Part shown: piece by piece, positions 1 to 11,420 of the stretch
How the letters are laid out: the number at the start of each line of letters is the position of its first letter
How positions within the stretch are numbered: the first letter of the stretch is position 1
NCBI GenBank assembly: GCA_963660615.1
Contig: CAVKYE010000006.1
Span: 5,145-69,144, forward strand
Length of the DNA: 64,000 bases
Source: Vescimonas coprocola
GTDB taxonomy: Bacteria > Bacillota_I > Bacilli_A > RF39 > UBA660
Reading direction: 5' to 3'
Program-made: the position numbers and the translations under genes
Notes under the pieces: model-generated
Told to the model about the DNA's origin: nothing
What the model saw: only the letters and a program-made list of their open reading frames with translations
Databases searched by the model: none

Positions 1-214
1 ATATCCTAGGTCTTTCAAGTTCATTCTTCCTTTTCAAAATATCCATAATATAATTATTATCACTATCAAAAATAACCTCATCCCCAACAACAGGAGACAT
101 AGAAAGTTTCCTAAACTTCCCCCTAGCCTTACAAATAACATCTTTTCCTTCTTTAGTTCTAACCGTATAATCATTACTTATTTGCTTAACAATTTTTCCA
201 AAAGACCTATTCAC
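1..214 (-). CDS. rsgA: RsgA (ribosome small-subunit-dependent GTPase A), N-terminal part only; the gene continues past the left edge
   Basis: Not in the ORF track. Hand translation of the minus strand from GTG at 214 gives VNRSFGKIVKQISNDYTVRTKEGKDVICKARGKFRKLSMSPVVGDEVIFDSDNNYIMDILKRKNELERP, an RsgA OB-fold N-terminus pattern. The GTG overlaps the prkC stop (GGTGAATAG). Classic prpC-prkC-rsgA synteny. Confidence 0.7.
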   Translation of the reverse strand, partial: MNRSFGKIVKQISNDYTVRTKEGKDVICKARGKFRKLSMSPVVGDEVIFDSDNNYIMDILKRKNELERPRI

Positions 215-1916
215 CCTCATTATCTCCATCAGAAGACTTTGAAGAATTATTAACAACTGTTATTTTTAAACTATCGCCACTATTAACCTTAGTACCAACA
301 GCCATATTTTGATAAATAATAGTTCCATCTTCCTTACTACTAAAAGCCTGCTCACTTACCTCTAAAGATAAACCATTCTTACTAGCGAAATTTTTAACAT
401 CCAAAAGACTATAACCAGAAGAAACAAAATCAGGATAAACAGTATACAATTTTGGAATAACCAAAGTAATCTCATCACCCTTAGAAAGTTTCTCACCTGC
501 TTTAACATCTTGACTTAAAACAACATTTTCCTTAGTATCACCATTATCAGCAACATCTTGATTCTCAGTAGACACCTTAATGCCAAAAGCCTCTAACTTA
601 CCCTTAACTTCATAATAATTCTGACCAGTATAATCCTCAATCTTCATCTTTTTAGAACCTTTAGAAACAATCAAAGTAATCTTCGTTCCAACCTTAATAG
701 TTCTTCCAGCTTCAGGATCCGTTTCAATTACCTTACCACTTTTAACCTCATCACTAACTTGTTTCTTAGTCTTCAAAGCAACCTCAAAACCTTCATCCTC
801 TAAAGCTTTCTCCGCCTTAGAAACACTCATACCAGAAACATCAGGAACAAGTGCTGATTTCTTAGAAGTTATACTAGGAAAAATAAGAAAAACAAACAAA
901 AGAGCAGCCACTAAAAATATCGCAATAAAAGCAAAAATCTTTACCCATTTATTAAGTTTCTTATCCTTTTTAGTATCCTCTGCCTCCTTAGTACGCAAAG
1001 CCCTACTACCTTTAACCATATCGTCATCATCATTATCAGAAAAATTAGTTTCAGAATACTCATAAACCACCTTGGGTTCAGAAATCCTTTTCTTATCCAA
1101 AACCGTTTCTAAATCCTCATGCATCGCCTGTGCAGACTCATACCTATTCTTAGGATTTTTAGCGCAAGCCCTCAAAATAACATTAGAAACACTTTGTGGA
1201 ATATCAGGATTATACTCACTCAAATCACTAATCGGATCTTTCATCTGTTTAATAGCCACCTCAACCGGACTATCACCCTTAAAAGGAACCTTCCCCGTAA
1301 CAAGTTCATACATAAGTATACCAAGCGAATAAATATCACTTCGAGTCGTCACAGCAAGACCGTTAGCCTGTTCAGGTGGAAGATAATAAACCGTCCCCAT
1401 CACACTATTAGTCTGCGTAAGCTCATTATTATTAAGTTGAGCTGCAATCCCAAAATCCATCACCTTAACACGGCCATCTTCCAAAATAATAACATTTTGT
1501 GGTTTAATATCCCTATGAATAATATAACTTTCATGAGCCTTCATGATAGCCGAAGTAAGCTGAAGCATAATATCCACAACCTCAGGAAGCGTAAGCGCCC
1601 CACGCTTTTTAATAAGTTGTTTCAAAGTCCTACCTTCAACATACTCCATAACAATAAAATACTTGCCATTATCCTCGCCAACATCATAAACCTCAACAAT
1701 ATTAGGATGAGTAAGTGAACTTGCCGAAACCGCCTCCCTTTGAAATCTCCTTACAAACTTCTCATCAGAAGCCAAATCGCCCCTAAGTATCTTAACTGCC
1801 ACGTTACGATCTAAACAAGGATCATAAGCCAAATAAACATTAGCCATACCTCCTTCACCAATCGAACGAATTATCTCATACCTATTATCTATTTTGTCCC
1901 CTTTACTAATCATCAT
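207..1916 (-). CDS. prkC: Ser/Thr protein kinase with PASTA repeats (PrkC type)
   Basis: Hanks kinase motifs are present (GEGGMANVY, VAVKIL, HRDIKPQN, DFGIA). There is one TM segment (IFAFIAIFLVAALLFVFLIF), followed by three PASTA-like repeats. Confidence 0.92.
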   Translation of the reverse strand: MMISKGDKIDNRYEIIRSIGEGGMANVYLAYDPCLDRNVAVKILRGDLASDEKFVRRFQREAVSASSLTHPNIVEVYDVGEDNGKYFIVMEYVEGRTLKQLIKKRGALTLPEVVDIMLQLTSAIMKAHESYIIHRDIKPQNVIILEDGRVKVMDFGIAAQLNNNELTQTNSVMGTVYYLPPEQANGLAVTTRSDIYSLGILMYELVTGKVPFKGDSPVEVAIKQMKDPISDLSEYNPDIPQSVSNVILRACAKNPKNRYESAQAMHEDLETVLDKKRISEPKVVYEYSETNFSDNDDDDMVKGSRALRTKEAEDTKKDKKLNKWVKIFAFIAIFLVAALLFVFLIFPSITSKKSALVPDVSGMSVSKAEKALEDEGFEVALKTKKQVSDEVKSGKVIETDPEAGRTIKVGTKITLIVSKGSKKMKIEDYTGQNYYEVKGKLEAFGIKVSTENQDVADNGDTKENVVLSQDVKAGEKLSKGDEITLVIPKLYTVYPDFVSSGYSLLDVKNFASKNGLSLEVSEQAFSSKEDGTIIYQNMAVGTKVNSGDSLKITVVNNSSKSSDGDNEGE

Positions 1917-2647
1917 TTTACCTCCTTATTCAAATAAGCAACCGAAATATTATCAGTACCACCACGATTATTAGCCTTAAGTATAAGCTTTTGCAGTTTC
2001 TCATGAGTATCTAAATTACTATCCAAAACCCTTTCAATTTGATCAAAAGAAAGCATATTAGTAAGCCCATCACTACATAAAAATATTCCATCAACAACAG
2101 TTTCAATATCAAAAATATCCATCTCCACCGTCATATTAGCACCAAGCGCTCTCATAAGCACATTCTTACGTGGATGATCCTTAGCCTCCTCAGCCGTAAG
2201 TTCCCCAGACTTAACAAGCAAATTAACCAAAGTATGATCACTAGTTACCTTATATAATTTTTTATCTTTAATAACAAAACCAGAAGAATCACCAATATTA
2301 CCAAAAAGCAAGAAATCCTTAGTCAAAAGAGCCATAACAATAGTCGTTCCCATTCCATTGCTCTCAGGATTTTCCTTAGTATACTTATAAAGAGAAACAT
2401 TAGCTTCACTAACAATTTCCTTCAAAAACGAAATAGCATCTTCCTTATTACCAACCGTACTTGCATTCATAAACCTTGTTCCGACACTACTTATCGCAAT
2501 AGAAGAAGCAATCTCACCACCTTTGTGACCTCCCATACCATCACAAACAACCATCAAAACCTCGCCAGAAGCATTCTTAACAATCGTCACACTATCCTCA
2601 TTATGATCCCTTATCTTTCCTGGATCCGTTAAATATGAATATTCCAT
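1913..2647 (-). CDS. prpC: PP2C-family Ser/Thr phosphatase (PrpC/Stp)
   Basis: Motifs DGMGGH, CSDGL and GGTDNISV. The 4-nt overlap with prkC fits the conserved operon. Confidence 0.9.
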   Translation of the reverse strand: MEYSYLTDPGKIRDHNEDSVTIVKNASGEVLMVVCDGMGGHKGGEIASSIAISSVGTRFMNASTVGNKEDAISFLKEIVSEANVSLYKYTKENPESNGMGTTIVMALLTKDFLLFGNIGDSSGFVIKDKKLYKVTSDHTLVNLLVKSGELTAEEAKDHPRKNVLMRALGANMTVEMDIFDIETVVDGIFLCSDGLTNMLSFDQIERVLDSNLDTHEKLQKLILKANNRGGTDNISVAYLNKEVK

Positions 2648-2650
2648 AAT

Positions 2651-3670
2651 CTATTCCTCCTCATAATCACTTCTAAGTTGCCCGCAGGCACCACTAATTT
2701 CCGTTCCAAATTCTCTTCTAATCGTAACATTTATCTTATTTTTTTTCAAAACATCATAAAAATCCAAAACCGTATCTGAAAGAGCTCTCTTAAACTCAAA
2801 ATGACTAGTTTCATTATAAGGAATCAAATTAACATAAGCATTCATTCCTTTTAATAAACAAGCAAGTTCTAAAGCACATTTTTTACTATCATTTATATCT
2901 TTAAGCATAATATACTCAAAAGTAACCCTTCTATTAGTTAAAGAAATATACTCCCGTATAGCATCCATAACCTCATCTAACTTATAAACCTTATTTATCT
3001 TCATAAGTTTAGATCTTAATTCATCATTAGGTGCATGCAGAGAAACAGCCAAATTAACCTGAAGATTTTCACGGGCAAACTCTTTTATCTTTGGCACAAT
3101 ACCACAAGTCGAAACCGTAATATGTCTAGCCCCAATATCAATCCCTTTGCCAGAATTAATAATTCTAATAAACTTCATAACATTATCATAATTATCAAAA
3201 GGCTCACCAATTCCCATCAAAACAACATGAGATATCCTAATACCTAAATCCTTTTCAACCACTAAAAGCTGACTAACCATCTCCGAAGCAAGTAAATTTC
3301 TTTTCTTCTTTCTTCTACCGCTTTCACAAAAAGCACACCCCATATTACAACCAACCTGTGAAGAAACGCACAAACTATTACCATAATCATGAACCATTAA
3401 AACAGCCTCAACCCTAGAAGAATCAGAAAGTTCAAACAAATACTTATAAACCCCCTTACCTTCCTCTTTTCTAACAATCAAAGGCAAATCAAAAATAAAA
3501 TCTTCCTTAAGTTTTAAAATAACATCCTTCTTCACATTACTCATCAAATCAAAACTATCAACTCTTTTTTTATAAAGCCAATCATAAACCTGAATAGCCT
3601 TAAACTTCTTTTCATTAATACCTTCAAAATAAGATTCTAAATCTTCAATCGTTTGTCCATAAATTTCCAT
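2651..3670 (-). CDS. rlmN: 23S rRNA/tRNA A2503 methyltransferase RlmN (radical SAM)
   Basis: Radical SAM motif CNMGCAFCESG plus C-terminal GACGQL. Located upstream of prpC-prkC. Confidence 0.9.
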   Translation of the reverse strand: MEIYGQTIEDLESYFEGINEKKFKAIQVYDWLYKKRVDSFDLMSNVKKDVILKLKEDFIFDLPLIVRKEEGKGVYKYLFELSDSSRVEAVLMVHDYGNSLCVSSQVGCNMGCAFCESGRRKKKRNLLASEMVSQLLVVEKDLGIRISHVVLMGIGEPFDNYDNVMKFIRIINSGKGIDIGARHITVSTCGIVPKIKEFARENLQVNLAVSLHAPNDELRSKLMKINKVYKLDEVMDAIREYISLTNRRVTFEYIMLKDINDSKKCALELACLLKGMNAYVNLIPYNETSHFEFKRALSDTVLDFYDVLKKNKINVTIRREFGTEISGACGQLRSDYEEE

Positions 3671-3876
3671 ATTTTCACCTTTAATTAATTATACCAAAAA
3701 AATACAAAAAAAAATAGCCACAACTATTATATTTAATAATTTGTACCCATTTTAAAAAAAGAAAAAACACCTAATTCAATTATATTAACAAAGTTTTTCA
3801 ATCAGTTAAACACTTTCACACAAAAATATTCATCATAACTCATATTATCTCCATTAAGCATCTTTTATCACAAAAT

Positions 3877-4095
3877 TTATCCTAAAAATTCCATAACAAT
3901 ACAAATAATAAAGAAAACAGCACCAAGAAAAGCAGTAAAACGAGTTACAAAAAGCTCACTACCTCTTTCTTTTCTATTAGCAAACAAGTCGTCATTACCG
4001 CCCATAATACTACTACTAGCAGTAGCTGCTTTATTACTTTGTAAAATTACAATCGCAATTAATAAAACTGAAATAATAATTAATAATACTTGCAT
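3877..4095 (-). CDS. secG: Preprotein translocase subunit SecG
   Basis: 72 aa with two TM segments and a Gly/Ser-rich loop. The sequence style (LIAIVILQS...GG...LFVTRFTAFLGAVFF) is typical of SecG. Confidence 0.75.
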   Translation of the reverse strand: MQVLLIIISVLLIAIVILQSNKAATASSSIMGGNDDLFANRKERGSELFVTRFTAFLGAVFFIICIVMEFLG

Positions 4096-4149
4096 AGTAT
4101 ACCTCCCAACATATCTAATTTACCACATCTAACCTAAAAAATCAATAGA

Positions 4150-5421
4150 TTAGTTATTAGAAACAACCGTTTCCGTTTTATTAGAAAAATCAAGTTTTAA
4201 AATAAGTTCTAAACAATCATCATAATTAAGGCTAGCTAAAACATCACGCATATCATAAATAACACGTCCATACATTTGAACCTGATAATCAATAAAATTG
4301 CTAACCCCATAAACACTATCAAAATTCAAAACAAAATCCTTTAAAACATTTTTTTTAATAAGGTCAAAATCTAAAGAAGAAAAACTCTTATCATTCAAAT
4401 TTAAATCAATCTTCTTAAAAATATCATCCACATTAATAACCTCAGTATCAAAATCAACCATCAAATAATCATCAACCACAGTCACAAACCATCCCACTTT
4501 ATTCAAAACATTCTTATCCTCAAAATTTTTCTTATTAAAACTAGAAATAGAGCCAAATTTCACAGTCAAATAAAGATCCAAATAAGCAAGAATCTTATAA
4601 AGAGGCATATCTAAATCACCAATATAAACCTTATAAGCCATCTCAATAATCTTATTAGTTACATCCCTTTTAACAACTTCCCTTTTCTTAAAAACCGTGC
4701 GTTTCTCATCATACTTCTTAATCTCAGGTAAAGGTGCCTTCTTATACCCTTTCTCATCATAATACTTCTCAATAAATTCTATAGTTTTATCTGGTGAAAC
4801 ATTCCCACTTATAACCATATACATATTAGAAGGATGATAAAAAGTATTATAACAATCATATAAAATCTCTGGAGTAATTTTCTTAATACTTTCTGTATAA
4901 CCTGCAACTGGATACCTAAAAGGATTCTTCTCAAAAGTATTAAAAATTGTCGTATAATAAGCCATATTGTTAGGATTATCAAAACCCGCCTTAATTTCCT
5001 GATCAATAATGCCCTGTTCCTTTAAAACCTCTTTAACACTATAATAAGGCTCCGTAACTAAATCAAGCAAATTCTTAAGATTAGAAAAGAAATGAGTCGG
5101 AGCGGTATAATAATAAACCGTCTTAAAAGCCGACGTATAAGCATTATTAATAGCCCCATTCTTTTGAAAAATATCCATAATATCCGTCCCATCTTCCTTC
5201 GCAAACATCTTATGCTCAAGAAAATGTGCCGTTCCAAAAGGAATATTCACAAATGAAGATGAATTTGCTGGCTTAAACTCCAAAATAGAAGAACCATACT
5301 TAGTAACAATACGTGCATGTGCCTCATGACGATCCATCGGACACACATAAATCTTAAGTCCACACTTAAGCTCCTTTTCATAAATAAAAGTATCCAAATC
5401 CTTAATCTCTTTTTTAATCAC
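4150..5421 (-). CDS. M16 (pitrilysin/insulinase) family zinc peptidase, catalytic partner
   Basis: HFLEH (HxxEH) zinc motif. Probable GTG start at 5421 behind AAGGTGGTGA, overlapping the upstream stop. The ORF-track ATG at 5526 would overlap the upstream gene by 113 nt. Confidence 0.75.
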   Translation of the reverse strand: MIKKEIKDLDTFIYEKELKCGLKIYVCPMDRHEAHARIVTKYGSSILEFKPANSSSFVNIPFGTAHFLEHKMFAKEDGTDIMDIFQKNGAINNAYTSAFKTVYYYTAPTHFFSNLKNLLDLVTEPYYSVKEVLKEQGIIDQEIKAGFDNPNNMAYYTTIFNTFEKNPFRYPVAGYTESIKKITPEILYDCYNTFYHPSNMYMVISGNVSPDKTIEFIEKYYDEKGYKKAPLPEIKKYDEKRTVFKKREVVKRDVTNKIIEMAYKVYIGDLDMPLYKILAYLDLYLTVKFGSISSFNKKNFEDKNVLNKVGWFVTVVDDYLMVDFDTEVINVDDIFKKIDLNLNDKSFSSLDFDLIKKNVLKDFVLNFDSVYGVSNFIDYQVQMYGRVIYDMRDVLASLNYDDCLELILKLDFSNKTETVVSNN

Positions 5422-6676
5422 ACTTTTCACCACCTTTAAGTAAATAAATAGTATCAATATTAATCTTTGAAGCCACCTTTTTAATATCAGAAACAGTAAC
5501 ACTTTCCATCTTTTCCTTACGAACACTTATATCATCAGTTCCAATAAAAACAGAAGAAATAACATTACCCAAAATAGCATCCTGATTATCATCAATATTT
5601 GTAAGTGCATTAATATAAGTATCCTTTACCACCCTAAGTTCATCATCCGAAATATCACCACAAGCAATCTTTTCCATTTGCTTCTTTATCAAAGAAACAC
5701 ATTTTTCATAATTAGAAACATCAATACCAGAATGAATAAATGAAACACCATAAGTCATCTGCCTACTAGCATAAATGTAATAGCACAAACTATTTTCCTC
5801 TCTAACAACCTTATTAAGTTTAGAATTCCATCCACCACCTAAAATATTATTATATGCAAGTGAAACATACTTTAACTCATAATCCGTAAGATTTGTCATC
5901 TTAAGGGCTAAAACAAGTTTACTTTGGCTATTTGAAGAATCTTCCGTAACCTCTTTAACCTTACCATCAAATAAAGGATTAATAAAACGAGTTTCATATG
6001 CCTTTTTAAAATCCCCACTAACAAGGCCATCAATAATATTCAAAGTTTCCTCCATAGGAACATCACCCGCAATAAAAATATCCAAAGAACATTCCTCAAA
6101 TAAACTCTTATAATAATCATACAAATCTTTATTAGTCAAAGAAGAAGCAAAACTAATACACTCATCAGTCGTAAACTCCTTAAAAGTTTGAATACCAAGT
6201 TCCTCCCATATCCTTTGCCTACTATACCCATCAGGATTATCCTTAATCGATTTCAAACTCTGAATATACTCATGACGGCATATTTCAAAAACATCCTCAT
6301 TAAAAGCACCCTTTGAAACATAAGGATTCCACAAATGAGAAAAAATAAAATTCAAAGTCTTTTCATGCATCCCCTTTTCCGTATACTTCTCATTAGCATA
6401 ACTACTTTCTAAGAAAATAACACTTTCCATTCCACTACTACGCGTTCCAATACTAATACTAGGATCATATAACTCCATAGAAGCCCTACAAAGTTCATCA
6501 AGCCCATGATAATCATTCGTTGCATACTGCAAAACTCTCCTTAAAATAGACCTATAAACCTCATCTTCCCTATTATTTTCCCTTTTTAAATTAATAGAAA
6601 CACTAACCGTCTTAAACTTAGTTGTCTTAACAAAATATAAATTATAATTACCCATCTCATACTTCTTATAATTCAT
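5414..6676 (-). CDS. M16-family peptidase-like protein, probably the non-catalytic partner
   Basis: Length and sequence style fit the M16 family, but I see no HxxEH motif. Adjacent and translationally coupled to the HxxEH-bearing paralog. ATG at 6676 lies behind GGTGAGGTGA. Confidence 0.65.
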   Translation of the reverse strand: MNYKKYEMGNYNLYFVKTTKFKTVSVSINLKRENNREDEVYRSILRRVLQYATNDYHGLDELCRASMELYDPSISIGTRSSGMESVIFLESSYANEKYTEKGMHEKTLNFIFSHLWNPYVSKGAFNEDVFEICRHEYIQSLKSIKDNPDGYSRQRIWEELGIQTFKEFTTDECISFASSLTNKDLYDYYKSLFEECSLDIFIAGDVPMEETLNIIDGLVSGDFKKAYETRFINPLFDGKVKEVTEDSSNSQSKLVLALKMTNLTDYELKYVSLAYNNILGGGWNSKLNKVVREENSLCYYIYASRQMTYGVSFIHSGIDVSNYEKCVSLIKKQMEKIACGDISDDELRVVKDTYINALTNIDDNQDAILGNVISSVFIGTDDISVRKEKMESVTVSDIKKVASKINIDTIYLLKGGEKCD

Positions 6677-6708
6677 CAAATCACCTCACCTTTATTATGG
6701 ATTAAAAT

Positions 6709-7290
6709 CTATTTATAATAATCATATCTTTTAAATTTTTCTCTTTTAGAAAGCCTTTTCATCATAACATTTTGTAAAACCCTACTAGTTCCCGTTTTAA
6801 TATCATACTTATCACTAACAGGCTCCACCAAAATACTATAAAGACCAATTTCATTCGCTCCCTTAATATCCGTAAGCATTTGATCCCCTATCATCACCGT
6901 ATTTTCCAAAGAAGAATCAAGAGCCACCATCGCCCTTTCATAAGCACTTTTCAAAGGTTTACACGCCTTAAAAATATAACCGCACTTTAAAGCATAAGCC
7001 ACTGGGATTACTCTATCCTTACCATTATTAGAAACAACACATATATTAAAACCTTTTTTCTCTAATTTTTCAAAAAAAGAAACCAACTTAGCAGGAACAT
7101 TTATATCATTAACCACCAAAATCGTATTATCAATATCAAAAATCAAATTAGTAAGACGCCTTTTTTTTAAAAAATCATAATCAATACTATATACATCCTT
7201 CGCATACATATTAGGAACAACCAAAGAAGTTTCATCCTCATAGCCCCTCATAACCTTAAGAAAACTTTTAAACATAATCATATTCTTCAC
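6709..7290 (-). CDS. yqeG: YqeG-family HAD-IIIA phosphatase
   Basis: HAD motif I FDIDNTIL, VVSNN, and GDQMLTDI. The size fits YqeG. The exact start is uncertain. Confidence 0.7.
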   Translation of the reverse strand: MKNMIMFKSFLKVMRGYEDETSLVVPNMYAKDVYSIDYDFLKKRRLTNLIFDIDNTILVVNDINVPAKLVSFFEKLEKKGFNICVVSNNGKDRVIPVAYALKCGYIFKACKPLKSAYERAMVALDSSLENTVMIGDQMLTDIKGANEIGLYSILVEPVSDKYDIKTGTSRVLQNVMMKRLSKREKFKRYDYYK

Positions 7291-7331
7291 AAAAAGCGCC
7301 TCCTATCATCATAATAAGTATAACATATTTT

Positions 7332-8519
7332 CTAAATTTTAAGAACCCTTCTTCTAATCACAAAAATAACAAAAATAAATAAAACAAAAAATCCCCCTAA
7401 AACATAACTAAAATTATATTTTAAAAAACTCATAAGAGAAAATGAAACCTTCTTTTTTAAAACAATATCTTGATTATAAATCTTTGTTTTATCATAATAA
7501 AGTTTCAAGTGACCAAGATTAGTTCCCACACTCATATTAGGAGTAACCACCTTAACACCATCATACTGACTATTAAGCTTACTCTTATCTACATTATTAG
7601 GTAAATAATAAGCAATATCCTTATCAGGATAAAACGAAACCGAAGATTCATTAGAATACTTAGTTTTCAAACTCAAAATCGTATCCTTTTTCGAAAAAAG
7701 AACCTGCCTAGAATAATTATTTATAAAATACTCATAAATCGTCTTCGCATCCTCAATATTATGCCTACCCTTCTTATCATAAGGTGCTCCTAAAGTAACA
7801 AGCAATAAATTACTGTCACCATCCTTCGCAATAGAAGCCAAACAAAGCCCAGCACCCGAAGTCGTTCCCGTCTTACCACCAAGCAAATAATCACCAAGGG
7901 CCGCATTATGACGAACACTACTTTTAAAAGTTAAACCACCATTAGAAGTCCTATAAGAGCTTGTCGTAATAATCTTCTTAAAAACATCATTTTTTAAAGC
8001 ATACATAAAAATAAGAGACATATCATAAGCCGTCGAATAATTCGAGTCAGAATCAAGACCAATTGGATTAGAAAAATGCGTATTTTTAAGTTTTAGTTCC
8101 GCAACCTTTTCATTCATAAGCGAAATAAACTTATCATAACCAAAAACATTATGCGAAAGTGCCAAAGCCGCATCTGCCCCAGAAGGAAGCAAAAGACCAT
8201 ATAACAAATCCAAATAAGTAACCTTATCTCCCACTTTAAAACCCGCAGCCACCAAATTATTAGAAGAAATATCCTTCAAATCATCACTAGTAATAAAAAC
8301 ACTACTATTTAAATCCTTCACATTTTCTAAAGTAATAATCGCCGTCATAATCTTCGTCAAAGAAGCCACCGAAGCTTTCGAATAAGCATCTTTTTCATAC
8401 AAAATATTATTATCATCAGTATTAACAAGTATCGCATTTTTAGACTGAATATCAAGTTCAAGTCCATGTACCGAAATAAAAGAAAATAATAAAACAATAA
8501 TCAAAAATACCTTTTTCAT
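7332..8519 (-). CDS. D-alanyl-D-alanine carboxypeptidase (S11 family, low-MW PBP)
   Basis: Signal peptide MKKVFLIIVLLFSFISVHG, SxxK (SLTKIM), KTG (GGKTGTT), and a C-terminal TM anchor. Start taken at the ATG at 8519 behind AGGTGAGGA. Confidence 0.85.
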   Translation of the reverse strand: MKKVFLIIVLLFSFISVHGLELDIQSKNAILVNTDDNNILYEKDAYSKASVASLTKIMTAIITLENVKDLNSSVFITSDDLKDISSNNLVAAGFKVGDKVTYLDLLYGLLLPSGADAALALSHNVFGYDKFISLMNEKVAELKLKNTHFSNPIGLDSDSNYSTAYDMSLIFMYALKNDVFKKIITTSSYRTSNGGLTFKSSVRHNAALGDYLLGGKTGTTSGAGLCLASIAKDGDSNLLLVTLGAPYDKKGRHNIEDAKTIYEYFINNYSRQVLFSKKDTILSLKTKYSNESSVSFYPDKDIAYYLPNNVDKSKLNSQYDGVKVVTPNMSVGTNLGHLKLYYDKTKIYNQDIVLKKKVSFSLMSFLKYNFSYVLGGFFVLFIFVIFVIRRRVLKI

Positions 8520-8606
8520 ATCCTCACCTATCTTTAAGTATAACATGAATAAACAAAATAAAAGAAAAAAATAAAAAAAGAGTGTAAAGAAAAAGCAAGA
8601 ATAATC

Positions 8607-11420
8607 TCACTTTAAATAAGGTTTTAAAAACTTACCCGTATAACTATTTTCTTCTAAAACAACATCCTCAGGTGTTCCAGCACAAACAACGCATCCCCCA
8701 CCGTCACCACCTTCAGGTCCCAAATCAATAATATGATCCGCTACTTTAATAACATCGAGATTATGTTCAATAACAATAACCGTATCACCATTATCAACAA
8801 TCCTATTTAAAATAGTTAAAAGTTTTTTAATATCATCACTATGAAGACCAGTAGTCGGTTCATCCAAAATAAACAAACTTCTGCCCGTAGGTTTCTTCTG
8901 AAGTTCCTTCGCAAGCTTAACTCTAGCCGCCTCACCACCAGAAAGCGTTGGCGCGCTTTGCCCAAGTTTAATATAAGATAAACCAACATCCATCAAAACC
9001 TGAAGCTTGTTTTTAACCTTAGGAACATTCTCAAAAAACTTTAAAGCCTCATAAACCGTCATATTAAGAACATCATAAATATTCTTACCCTTATACTTTA
9101 TTTGCAAAGTCTCCGTATTATAACGCGTTCCATGACAAACCTCACAAGGCACATAAACATCAGGAAGAAAATGCATCTCAATCTTCTTAACACCATCACC
9201 CTGACAAGCCTCACATCTGCCCCCCTTAACATTAAAAGAAAACCTTCCCTTATCATATCCACGCATCTTCGCCTCACGTGTCTGCGTAAACACATCACGA
9301 ATATCATCAAAAACCGAAGTATAAGTAGCCGGATTACTACGAGGCGTCCTACCAATAGGAGACTGCGAAATATCGATAACCTTATCAATATTCTCAAGAC
9401 CCTTAATACTCTTAAAACGTCCAGGTTTCATCTTACTATGATATAAATTATTAGAAACCGTCTTATATAAAATCTCATTAACAAGCGTACTCTTACCACT
9501 ACCAGAAACGCCCGTCACACAAATAAACTTACCAAGAGGAAACTTAACATTAATATTTTTTAAATTATTCTCGCAAGCCCCCTTAATTTCCAAATACTTT
9601 TTATTACCTTTTCTTCTTTTCAAGGGAACCAAAATCTTCTCCTTACCACTTAAATACTTGCCAGTCAAACTATTAGGATTAGCCATAACCTCCAAAGGAG
9701 TACCAAAAGCCACGACCTCTCCTCCATTAACACCAGCCCTAGGACCAATATCAACCAAATAATCCGCCGAAAGCATTGTATCAGTATCATGTTCAACCAC
9801 AATAAGTGTATTACCTAAATCACGCATTTCTTTAAGTGAATCAATAAGCCTTTGATTATCCCTTTGATGAAGACCAATAGATGGCTCATCCAAAACATAC
9901 AAAACACCCGTAAGCCTAGAACCAATCTGCGTAGCTAGTCTAATCCTCTGTGCCTCACCGCCAGACAAAGTTCCAGCCTCCCTCGAAAGCGTCAAATACT
10001 CAAGCCCAACATTAATCAAAAACAAAAGTCTAGACTTAATCTCCTTAATAATAAGCTCCGCAATCTTAGCCTCCTCATTATTCAAAGACAAATTATTAAA
10101 AAACTCATTAATATCTTTAATACTCTTCTTCGTAAGTTCATAAATATTAATACCACCAACTAAAACCGATAAAACCGAAGAATTTAACCTAGCCCCCTTA
10201 CAACTAGGACACTCAAGCTCCGTCATATAATTTTCAATCCACTCACGAATCCAAGTACTCTTAGTTTCCATATATCTGCGTTCTAAATTATTAATAATAC
10301 CTTCATAAAAACCCTTACTAGTTCTTTTATTTCCACTTTTAGAAACATAATTAAAAGTAAGAACTTCAGAAGAACCATACAAAACAATATCAAGTTCTTT
10401 CTTAGATAAATCCTTAATAGGCAAGGACATATCAATACCAAAATGATTACAAGCCGTAGCTAAATTAGTAAACATAATATTACTATCATCACTACTATTA
10501 ATAACCACAATTGCCCCTTCATTAATACTCAAATCCTTATTTGGAATAACCAAATCAACATCAATCTTATATTTAATTCCAAGACCTTTACAACTAGGGC
10601 AAGCACCATAAGGTGCATTAAACGAAAACATCCTAGGCTCCAAATCAGGAAGCGAAAAATCACACTTAGGACAAGCATAAGTCTCACTAAGAAGTAACTT
10701 CTCACCACCAATAACATCAATTAAAACCTTACCACCACCAAGCTGGCAAGCAAGTTCCACCCCCTCATAAAGTCTGCTTCTAATAGAAGATTTTATAATT
10801 AACCTATCAATAACAACCTCAATCGTATGCTTCTTATTTTTTTCCAAATTAATATCACTAGATAAATCATAATCCTCACCATCAATACAAACCCTAGCAT
10901 AACCATCCTTGCGCAAATTATCCAAAGTATCCTTGTGAGTTCCCTTAGCCAAACTAACAACCGGACTTAAAATTCTTATCTTAGTTCCCAAATCAAGTGC
11001 CATAACATCATTAACCATCTCTTCAATACTTTGAGAAGAAATAGGAATATGATGACAAGGACAATAAGGAACACCAATACGTGCATACAAAAGCCTCAAA
11101 TAATCATAAATTTCCGTAACCGTACCAACCGTACTCCTTGGATTTTTATGAGTCGTCTTCTGATCAATACTAATAGCCGGGCTAAGTCCCTCAATACTAT
11201 CAACCATGGGCTTCTCAGAACCACCCAAAAACTGTCTCGCATAAGCACTTAAACTCTCAACATATCTTCTTTGACCTTCCGCATAAATAGTATCAAAAGC
11301 CAAACTACTCTTACCACTACCAGAAACCCCAGTCATCACAATAAGCTTATTTTTGGGTAACGTTATATCTACATTTTTTAAGTTGTTTTCCCTCGCACCC
11401 TTCACAATAATCTCGTCCAT
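8607..11420 (-). CDS. uvrA: Excinuclease ABC subunit A
   Basis: Two ABC modules ([12 protein letters not shown] and [11 protein letters not shown]), LSGGE signatures and CxxC zinc modules. N-terminus [16 protein letters not shown]. Confidence 0.95.
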   Translation of the reverse strand: MDEIIVKGARENNLKNVDITLPKNKLIVMTGVSGSGKSSLAFDTIYAEGQRRYVESLSAYARQFLGGSEKPMVDSIEGLSPAISIDQKTTHKNPRSTVGTVTEIYDYLRLLYARIGVPYCPCHHIPISSQSIEEMVNDVMALDLGTKIRILSPVVSLAKGTHKDTLDNLRKDGYARVCIDGEDYDLSSDINLEKNKKHTIEVVIDRLIIKSSIRSRLYEGVELACQLGGGKVLIDVIGGEKLLLSETYACPKCDFSLPDLEPRMFSFNAPYGACPSCKGLGIKYKIDVDLVIPNKDLSINEGAIVVINSSDDSNIMFTNLATACNHFGIDMSLPIKDLSKKELDIVLYGSSEVLTFNYVSKSGNKRTSKGFYEGIINNLERRYMETKSTWIREWIENYMTELECPSCKGARLNSSVLSVLVGGINIYELTKKSIKDINEFFNNLSLNNEEAKIAELIIKEIKSRLLFLINVGLEYLTLSREAGTLSGGEAQRIRLATQIGSRLTGVLYVLDEPSIGLHQRDNQRLIDSLKEMRDLGNTLIVVEHDTDTMLSADYLVDIGPRAGVNGGEVVAFGTPLEVMANPNSLTGKYLSGKEKILVPLKRRKGNKKYLEIKGACENNLKNINVKFPLGKFICVTGVSGSGKSTLVNEILYKTVSNNLYHSKMKPGRFKSIKGLENIDKVIDISQSPIGRTPRSNPATYTSVFDDIRDVFTQTREAKMRGYDKGRFSFNVKGGRCEACQGDGVKKIEMHFLPDVYVPCEVCHGTRYNTETLQIKYKGKNIYDVLNMTVYEALKFFENVPKVKNKLQVLMDVGLSYIKLGQSAPTLSGGEAARVKLAKELQKKPTGRSLFILDEPTTGLHSDDIKKLLTILNRIVDNGDTVIVIEHNLDVIKVADHIIDLGPEGGDGGGCVVCAGTPEDVVLEENSYTGKFLKPYLK

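Noticed and set aside
1119-1718. 199-aa plus-strand ORF inside prkC. The same applies to 1072-1332, 3035-3247, 9102-9446, 11031-11252, 12320-12541, 13435-13749, 16441-16644, 27676-28065, 30183-30512, 37092-37433, 45348-45680, 52734-53099, 55503-56189 and 62488-62856.
   Set aside because: These are antisense shadows of strongly supported genes. Their Asn/Ile/Leu/Ser-rich low-complexity products are what the reverse frame of AT-rich coding DNA is expected to give. No RBSs.
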